The position numbers were made by a program, and so were the translations under genes. Below are positions 58,176 to 64,000 of a stretch of 64,000 nt of DNA, piece after piece; within the stretch, counting starts at the first letter, position 1, and each line of letters begins with the position of its first letter. The stretch is from an uncultured Gammaproteobacteria bacterium. Its GTDB lineage: Bacteria > Patescibacteriota > Microgenomatia > Woykebacterales > RBG-16-39-9b. The DNA lies in NCBI GenBank assembly GCA_964360785.1, contig CAYHXX010000001.1, forward strand, positions 73,334 through 137,333, read 5' to 3'. The notes under the pieces are model-generated. The model ran no database searches. It saw only the letters and a program-made list of their open reading frames with translations, and was not told the DNA's origin.

Positions 58176-58508
58176 CTAGGAAATAATCTTTTTGAAAGAT
58201 TTTGGATCTGTCTCTGCTATGTCAGCAAGTATCTTTCGATCTAGCTCGACTTTACTCTTTTTCAAATTGGAAATGAATGTACTGTAGGAGAGTTCCTCAC
58301 CTAAAGCTGCATTGATTTTAGTGATCCAGAGAGTTCTTTTTTGTTGCTTTCTCTGTTTACGACCAGCATAAGCATAACTCCCAGCATGCATGACTGCCTC
58401 TTTCGCTGTGCGCACTAGTTTACTGCGTGCTCCAAAATAACCCTTGGCTGCCTTAAGGATTTTCTTGTGTTTTTGTCTTTTAGTTGTACCTTTTTTTACT
58501 CTAGACAT
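58176..58508 (-). CDS. rplT: 50S ribosomal protein L20
   Basis: MSRVKKGTTKRQKHKKILKAAKGYFGARSKL. Confidence 0.9.
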   Translation of the reverse strand: MSRVKKGTTKRQKHKKILKAAKGYFGARSKLVRTAKEAVMHAGSYAYAGRKQRKQQKRTLWITKINAALGEELSYSTFISNLKKSKVELDRKILADIAETDPKSFKKIIS

Positions 58509-58509
58509 G

Positions 58510-58701
58510 TTATTTCGTTAACAACTTTTTAATTTTATTACGATCAGCACTTGCGACTTCTTTTGGTTCAAGTTGTGAACGCAAGCGTCTTGCGGACTTG
58601 TGTTGCTTCAAATGGGAACTCAAACCACCTTTTCTCAAAATCTTTCCGGTAGAAGTGAGTCTGAATCTTTTTTTAACTGCTTTTTTTGTTTTTGCTTTCA
58701 T
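58510..58701 (-). CDS. rpmI: 50S ribosomal protein L35
   Basis: MKAKTKKAVKKRFRLTSTGKILR. Confidence 0.9.
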   Translation of the reverse strand: MKAKTKKAVKKRFRLTSTGKILRKGGLSSHLKQHKSARRLRSQLEPKEVASADRNKIKKLLTK

Positions 58702-58703
58702 AT

Positions 58704-59216
58704 CTATTTTCTTATTGGGTTGAATGCAAGGCTTAAATTGCGTCCAAACATTTTCGGAAACCCATCCGCTATCCCCGCTTCTGCAAGGTAGAGCTTTGCT
58801 TTTTCCAAGACTTCATATCCAAATTCCTTGTGCGCCATTTCCCGCCCGGAAAATTTCACAGTTAATTTTACCCTATCACCGTTTTCAAAAAATTCCTTTG
58901 CTCGTTTCAACCTATTTTCCAAATCATGAGGGCTAATCAACGGCCCAAGCCAAATTTCCTTTGTGTCGATCTGATGAGTGTTTTTTCGAGCAACTCTTTC
59001 CTTCTTGGCTTCTTCGTATTTAAATTTCTTAAAGTCTACTATTTTTACTACTGGAGGCTTCGCCGTAGGAGCTACCTCAACCAAATCCAGCTCTTGCTCC
59101 CGTGCCATCTTCAGCGCTTCTTCGATTCTAAGAACTCCGACCTGCTTACCAGCTTGATCCAATACTCGAACTTGCGGTACACGAATATTGTTGTTAACTT
59201 TGTAATACTTTCCGAT
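58704..59216 (-). CDS. infC: translation initiation factor IF-3 (non-AUG start likely)
   Basis: KVNNNIRVPQVRVLDQAGKQVGVL matches the IF3 N-domain (INGEIRAxEVRL). C-domain present. The reading frame is open back to an ATC at 59216 with no in-frame ATG upstream, consistent with the typical AUU/AUC infC start. Confidence 0.8.
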   Translation of the reverse strand: MGKYYKVNNNIRVPQVRVLDQAGKQVGVLRIEEALKMAREQELDLVEVAPTAKPPVVKIVDFKKFKYEEAKKERVARKNTHQIDTKEIWLGPLISPHDLENRLKRAKEFFENGDRVKLTVKFSGREMAHKEFGYEVLEKAKLYLAEAGIADGFPKMFGRNLSLAFNPIRK

Positions 59217-59259
59217 TGTTTTTCTCTTTCTAGGAGCGTTTCTTAAACTAACTCCTTAT

Positions 59260-59847
59260 TTATCTAAGCGCTTGTTCTATCTGATTTAGGCTAATCTCGC
59301 CTTCCCTAACCATATTATACTTTCCATCTTCAAAAACTAATATAGTTGAAGGTTTCTTAGCTTCAGGTTCAATATCGACAACGTAGTCTACCAGGCTCGC
59401 TAGGTTCTTGTCAATCTCGGTGAAAGTTCTTGCAGGTTGACCCCCTTGGAAATTTGCAGATGGTGCCAGCAGGGGCGTATCGAGCCCGCCTTGAAGCTGC
59501 TGGATAAACGGATGGGAAGAAACCCTCACCCCAAGGGTATCCCCTGGCCCTAGGAGGCTATCTGGGACCTGTTTTCGTACAGGTAAACAAAGGGTAAGAT
59601 GTCCTGGCCAAAAGGCCTCAGCGAGCTTTATAGCAGTTTGATTGAAGTTCACCCACTCATGTGCCTGATTTAAATCTTTCACCAGTACAGCAGTTGGCTT
59701 AGTTGCGTCCCTTTTCCTGATTGAGTACAATTTCTCAATCGAGTCCTCCTTATTAATTAGACAACCAATACCATAGACGGTTTCCGTAGGAAAGATTACA
59801 ATCCCACCAGAGTTTAGGACTCTCGCAGCTCTAGTTACTTGGTTCAT
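59260..59847 (-). CDS. tsaC: L-threonylcarbamoyladenylate synthase (TsaC/YrdC family)
   Basis: GGIVIFPTETVYGIG, the YrdC/Sua5 signature. 195 aa. Confidence 0.8.
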   Translation of the reverse strand: MNQVTRAARVLNSGGIVIFPTETVYGIGCLINKEDSIEKLYSIRKRDATKPTAVLVKDLNQAHEWVNFNQTAIKLAEAFWPGHLTLCLPVRKQVPDSLLGPGDTLGVRVSSHPFIQQLQGGLDTPLLAPSANFQGGQPARTFTEIDKNLASLVDYVVDIEPEAKKPSTILVFEDGKYNMVREGEISLNQIEQALR

Positions 59848-61598
59848 TTTTTATTTGGGAGAGACTGACTAGCCAAAATAAAAAGCTCTTCAAGAGACTG
59901 CATTCCCAGATCTTCCCTCTCAAGAGTTCTGACAGCTACCTTTTTCTGGGCTTGTTCTTTATCACCAATAATCAGCATGTAGGGAATTTTTTGCAGCTGC
60001 GCATCTCGTATCTTTGCCCCCATTGGTTCGCTTTTACCATCAATCTCGACACGAAGATTCTCTTCCAACAACTTTTCCCTAACCTCCTGTGCATACTCAA
60101 TATGTCGGTCTGCTATTGGAATTATTTCAAATTGTACCGGAGCGAGCCAAAAAGGCAATTTACCACCATAATGCTCGATTAGAAAGGCCATAATACGCTC
60201 AAACGCTCCAATTGATGATCTGTGAATCACTACGGGTTGTACTTCTTTGCCGTTCTCATCGACGTAAGTAAGTTCGAATTTTTTCGGTTGGACAAAATCG
60301 TACTGTACAGTAAAGGCGGTTTCCTCTTTGCCAAGAACGTTTTTCATCTGAATATCTATTTTTGGCCCATAAAAAGCCGCTTCGTTTTCCGCTTCGAAGT
60401 AGGGAGCTATTGTTTCTTCCAGCACCGTTCTTAGAAGATTTTCAGCCTCTTTCCATGCCTTGGGATCTTTATAGTATTTCTTAGAGTCGGTAGGGTCTCC
60501 TAACGAAAGGCGAAAACGATAGTCTTTGCCCTTTTCCAAACCAAGGGTTTTGTTAATGAAGTCAATGAGTTCTAAAACCTTTTTAACTTCTTCCTTTGCT
60601 TGTGCCTTAGTACAAAAAATATGAGCATCTGCTAGGGTAAACATTCTTACCCGCATCAAACCTGAGAGCTCGCCGCTTTTTTCATAACGAAACTGTGGAG
60701 AAAGTTCGGCATAGCGCAGCGGTAATTCGCGATAGCTGTGCGGTTCGGATTTATAAAGCATGAAGTGATGGGGACAAGTCATTGGCCGCAATATTAGCTC
60801 GTCGTTGTCGACCTTCATCGGTGGATACATCGTATCTTTGTAGTACGGGTAGTGCCCTGAAGTTCTGTACAAATCGACTTTTGCCAAAGATGGTGTGACA
60901 ACATGTTGATAACCGCGCTTTAGTTCCTCATCTACCACAAATCTTTCCAACACGCGACGAATTGTGGTTCCTTTGGGAGTCAACAAAGGTAATCCCTGAC
61001 CAACTAGGTCGGAAAAAACAAAAAGCCCTAGTTCCTTACCCAGCTTACGGTGGTCATTATCTTTGGATTTTTCCAGTTTATCAAGATAATCGTCTAGTTC
61101 AGCCTTTGTTTCCCAGGCAGTGCCGTAAACACGTGTAAGTGAAGGATTTTTTTCACTACCCTTCCAATAAGCGGCTGCCAAGGAAATCAATTTGAAAGCT
61201 TTAATGCCCGAGGTATTAGTAATATGTGGTCCGGTACAAAGATCGACAAAATCCCCAGTTTTATAAAACGAAACCTGTTTCTCCCCTTTTTCCTTCAGAT
61301 CAGATATAAGTTCTGTTTTGAAAGATTCGTTTGCCTGTTTCGAGAATTCGAGAGCTTTATCGATCTGCATTTCAATACGCTCATAATCAAGTTTTTTCTT
61401 GACTAAGTTACTCATTTCAGCTTCAATCTGTGGAAGTTCCTCGGAAGAAAGGGGGTTTTTTAAAGACAAATCATAGTAAAAGCCGTTCTCCACCACGGGT
61501 CCAATACCAAGCTTAGTTTCTGGGTAAAGTTTTTTAACTGCCGCAGCAAGTAGATGGGCGGTGGAATGTCGAAGTTGATCTAGTTTCTGTTCGCTCAT
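59844..61598 (-). CDS. thrS: threonyl-tRNA synthetase lacking the N-terminal TGS domain
   Basis: Starts at the editing domain (HSTAHLLAAAVKKLYPETKLGIGP). Class II catalytic core and anticodon-binding domain. 584 aa. Confidence 0.9.
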   Translation of the reverse strand: MSEQKLDQLRHSTAHLLAAAVKKLYPETKLGIGPVVENGFYYDLSLKNPLSSEELPQIEAEMSNLVKKKLDYERIEMQIDKALEFSKQANESFKTELISDLKEKGEKQVSFYKTGDFVDLCTGPHITNTSGIKAFKLISLAAAYWKGSEKNPSLTRVYGTAWETKAELDDYLDKLEKSKDNDHRKLGKELGLFVFSDLVGQGLPLLTPKGTTIRRVLERFVVDEELKRGYQHVVTPSLAKVDLYRTSGHYPYYKDTMYPPMKVDNDELILRPMTCPHHFMLYKSEPHSYRELPLRYAELSPQFRYEKSGELSGLMRVRMFTLADAHIFCTKAQAKEEVKKVLELIDFINKTLGLEKGKDYRFRLSLGDPTDSKKYYKDPKAWKEAENLLRTVLEETIAPYFEAENEAAFYGPKIDIQMKNVLGKEETAFTVQYDFVQPKKFELTYVDENGKEVQPVVIHRSSIGAFERIMAFLIEHYGGKLPFWLAPVQFEIIPIADRHIEYAQEVREKLLEENLRVEIDGKSEPMGAKIRDAQLQKIPYMLIIGDKEQAQKKVAVRTLEREDLGMQSLEELFILASQSLPNKK

Positions 61599-61837
61599 CT
61601 TGGAGAGGTGTTTTGGAGATAGTCGATAATATTTGAAATATACTGTCCAACAAAAGGCACGGTATTAAGTTGTCCCAGAATAAAAATTAGTAAACCAAAA
61701 ACGATGGTAGCGCCAATAGCACTTCCAACTCCAGCAAGTACCCCAGAAGCAAAGCTGTTAAATAAAACCTTTTTCTGGTTTACCTGTACATTTACATTGT
61801 CTTTTTCAGTCTCAATCTTGATAATGTGTTCAGACAT
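61595..61837 (-). CDS. small membrane protein (80 aa) translationally coupled to thrS
   Basis: Hydrophobic segment GVLAGVGSAIGATIVFGLLIFILG. Its stop overlaps the thrS ATG. Confidence 0.45.
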   Translation of the reverse strand: MSEHIIKIETEKDNVNVQVNQKKVLFNSFASGVLAGVGSAIGATIVFGLLIFILGQLNTVPFVGQYISNIIDYLQNTSPR

Positions 61838-62016
61838 TACTTTTCTCTAGTTGTCAGTCTTAAAAAGGTTGTGATCAGAAGTAAAGTTGCGGAAACAAAT
61901 ATAACTAAAACTAAACCAATATCTGAAAGGATATTCCAGTTTAGCATACGGTCAGTGCCAGCAAATAAAAGTAGCATGATTGCTAGGATATCGATATAAA
62001 TTAAAGTTCTGGACAT
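61837..62016 (-). CDS. small two-TM membrane protein (59 aa), not in the ORF track
   Basis: AAGGAGGCTGCCTAGATG is a strong SD. Product MSRTLIYIDILAIMLLLFAGTDRMLNWNILSDIGLVLVIFVSATLLLITTFLRLTTREK. Its TAA overlaps the next ATG (TAATG). Confidence 0.45.
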   Translation of the reverse strand: MSRTLIYIDILAIMLLLFAGTDRMLNWNILSDIGLVLVIFVSATLLLITTFLRLTTREK

Positions 62017-62050
62017 CTAGGCAGCCTCCTTAAGTAAATTCTAAAGTTTC

Positions 62051-62127
62051 TGGTGGACGGCACAGGGCTCGAACCTGTGACCTCCGCAATGTCAATGCGA
62101 CGCTCTAACCAACTGAGCTAGCCGTCC
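62051..62127 (-). tRNA. tRNA-Val (anticodon GAC), CCA encoded
   Basis: Folded by eye. Acceptor GGACGGC/GCCGUCC. D arm GCUC-AGUUGGUUA-GAGC. Anticodon arm UCGCA-UUGACAU-UGCGA. T arm ACAGG-UUCGAGC-CCUGU, then ACCA. Confidence 0.9.
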
Positions 62128-62207
62128 ATAAAAATTCACGAAGCGATCTACTTTGACCGAAGGTCAATGCATCCTAATCCAACTGACCTGCTTGTCGGTA
62201 GACAAGG

Positions 62208-62816
62208 CTAATTGTCCTTCTTGGATTTCTTCACCGTTCGCTCTTCCAATATCTTGTCAATTATACCATAGTTTTTAGCTTCAGCTGCGTTCATGAAGAA
62301 ATCTCGTTCAGTATCTTTCTCTACCTGGGTAGGTTTTTTACCGGTTTCTTTAGCAAGTATTTCATTCAAGCGTTTTTTCATTTTGAGCATTTCTTCAGCG
62401 TGGATTTGGATATCGGTTGCTTGTCCCTCTATCCCACCTAGTGGTTGGTGAATCATTATTTTTGAATTTGGCAAAACAATACGCTTGCCTTTTTTTCCTC
62501 CTGCCAGTAATACTGCGGCTCCAGAGGCGGCCATTCCGATACAAAAAGTGGAAACATCAGCCCTGATAAATTTCATAGTGTCGTAAATTGCTAGAGTTGA
62601 GTGGACATAGCCACCAGGTGAATTTATGTAAAAAGAAATATCAGCTTCAGAGTTTTCGTTGTCCAGAAAAAGAAGTTGAGCAATGATAATATTAGCAACA
62701 TCATCATTGATTGCCCCACCAAGAAAAATGATTCTTTCCTCGAGAAGGCGGCTGAAGATGTCGTAGGCACGCTCGCCATTTGGTTCGCGCTTAATAACCA
62801 TAGGTACCAAATCCAT
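62208..62816 (-). CDS. clpP: ATP-dependent Clp protease proteolytic subunit
   Basis: INSPGG (Ser), HQPLGG (His) and the catalytic Asp region. 202 aa. Confidence 0.95.
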   Translation of the reverse strand: MDLVPMVIKREPNGERAYDIFSRLLEERIIFLGGAINDDVANIIIAQLLFLDNENSEADISFYINSPGGYVHSTLAIYDTMKFIRADVSTFCIGMAASGAAVLLAGGKKGKRIVLPNSKIMIHQPLGGIEGQATDIQIHAEEMLKMKKRLNEILAKETGKKPTQVEKDTERDFFMNAAEAKNYGIIDKILEERTVKKSKKDN

Positions 62817-62966
62817 ATATTAATTCTTTCCCCTATGGTTACAGACTTCGAAGAAGTATATAACCATCGGTACTAGATCCATAAGTTTGAGTATTGTAAC
62901 AAACTATATCAACCAAGCAAATAGCTACTTTATTCATATGAAGCGTTCCTTTATTCCGATAAAGAG

Positions 62967-63878
62967 CTATTTTATTTCAACACTTGAGGCAGAACCTGAA
63001 ATTTCAATTTGTATCCTATTTGTTACATTGCCATAATTTGCAGTTGTGTAGATATTCTCCTTTTGTGTAAACCTCTTTGAATCCAGCTTTATATCTTTGA
63101 CCAGAGAGTCTATTTTCAACTGTGCCTCCAAGTCTGTTGGTATCTTGAGACGAATTTGTGCTGCCGTAGCCTTGATATAAGTTTTTGTATTTGCAACTTT
63201 GTTGTAAGAAATATCAATTTGTGAAGCCCCAGAATCTATCTCCAATTGATAAACATTGAGTTGTTCCAAATCTAGAATAAAGACACCGGCGTTTCCTTTG
63301 ATAAAAAGATAGGTTGGTACCAAGGGAGAAAGGTTCAGTTCAACAGTGTTTCCCAAATTACCTGAAAACGGCAAGTATTTCTCTGGTTGAGTAAAAGTAT
63401 ACTTGGCCTCATCAAATTTTCTATCCTCGACGATTTCTGGTTTGGGAAGTAATTTTGAATACTTGACCGAGGTTTTAAGAATCCGATCAGAAGTTTTCTC
63501 TAGGGAAACAACTTTCAAGTTATTACTTGGTAAATCGAAAACAAACTCGGCTTTGGTTAGATTACCTAAGGGTTTATCAAATCTTAGTGTTTCAGTAGCC
63601 AGGGGGTTTCCAGTTAAAGGATTGAGAATCAATAATATCGGTAAAAGAAATATCAGACCAATCAAAAAGAATACCGTTTTTGGTGCTGAGTTTCTCCCCA
63701 GTAGTACTTCGATTCCAAACAAGATTAAAAGAATTGGCCAGAATTTCCAAATATTCTGCCAAATTTCCCAGGGGAGCACCCCAAAATTATTAAGTAAGAA
63801 AATTATTCCTAATATAATTATTAGAATTGGACCTAGTGAAATACTTTTTCTAGAACGTTTTGATTCTGATTCGTACAT
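62967..63878 (-). CDS. membrane protein with C-terminal beta-rich putative adhesin/toastrack-like domain (LiaF/DUF4097-like)
   Basis: Three N-terminal TM helices, then a repetitive beta-strand-rich region ending in repeated IxIxxGSGxxxI-type strands. The family call is tentative. Confidence 0.45.
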   Translation of the reverse strand: MYESESKRSRKSISLGPILIIILGIIFLLNNFGVLPWEIWQNIWKFWPILLILFGIEVLLGRNSAPKTVFFLIGLIFLLPILLILNPLTGNPLATETLRFDKPLGNLTKAEFVFDLPSNNLKVVSLEKTSDRILKTSVKYSKLLPKPEIVEDRKFDEAKYTFTQPEKYLPFSGNLGNTVELNLSPLVPTYLFIKGNAGVFILDLEQLNVYQLEIDSGASQIDISYNKVANTKTYIKATAAQIRLKIPTDLEAQLKIDSLVKDIKLDSKRFTQKENIYTTANYGNVTNRIQIEISGSASSVEIK

Positions 63879-63880
63879 TT

Positions 63881-64000
63881 TTAACCCAATTTTGAGGATT
63901 TATATTTGTTTGGATTATAAGCTCTTGCTCTGATAATTTCTATAGAACTAAGCTTGTGACGCTTTAACGTCCTTCTAAGCTCGGGAATTGTCGGTTTCTG
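63881..64000 (-). CDS. C-terminal fragment of an unidentified gene (window edge)
   Basis: Open frame ...TIPELRRTLKRHKLSSIEIIRARAYNPNKYKSSKLG, then a stop at 63881. Confidence 0.3.
   Translation of the reverse strand, partial: QKPTIPELRRTLKRHKLSSIEIIRARAYNPNKYKSSKLG

Overview
This 64 kb window looks like a small, AT-rich (about 38-40% GC), tightly packed bacterial genome, probably a reduced monoderm such as a CPR/Patescibacteria-like lineage (an inference from gene content and composition, not a database result). About three quarters of it is core housekeeping (named here by family): gyrB-gyrA, a holB-like gene, glyA, recG, tyrS, PBP1A, pheS-pheT, the thrS-tsaC-infC-rpmI-rplT block, rpmF, nusB, acpP, rnc, rpsP, a KH-domain gene, trmD, clpP, dinB, a MacB-like ABC exporter pair, MscS, a receiver domain and a PAS histidine kinase. 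There is also a large type IV pilus locus with no secretin: pilB, pilT, pilC, a pilin-like gene, pilD, two tandem major pilins, four pseudopilins or minor pilins, a pilX-like gene and pilMNO. A tRNA-Val(GAC) and a probable RNase P RNA lie in intergenic space. The unusual part is a set of short high-GC islets (about 55-60% GC), most carrying one or a few genes, often with their own AT-rich promoter and a GGAGG or GGTGGGAGA Shine-Dalgarno. These carry: an archaemetzincin-like protease, a lytic-transglycosylase-like protein, a SAM decarboxylase, a protein with six CxxC motifs, several small unknown proteins, and a 2.2 kb block (9.9-12.1 kb) with a self-contained operon of four translationally coupled single-TM mini-peptides plus a two-gene operon of unknown proteins. 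The same block also has a tRNA 3'-end-like relic. A 16-bp REP-like palindrome (CAGTGTCTGACACTGG) occurs five times. Two inverted copies frame an IS200/RAYT-type HUH transposase. Two more bound a cassette that holds an AT-rich membrane-protein gene, itself flanked by direct repeats, and a XerC/D-like tyrosine recombinase. Other points are a structured pheST leader with alternative hairpins, GTGTCAC repeats between pilB and pilT, and an operator-like palindrome upstream of the Cys-rich gene.
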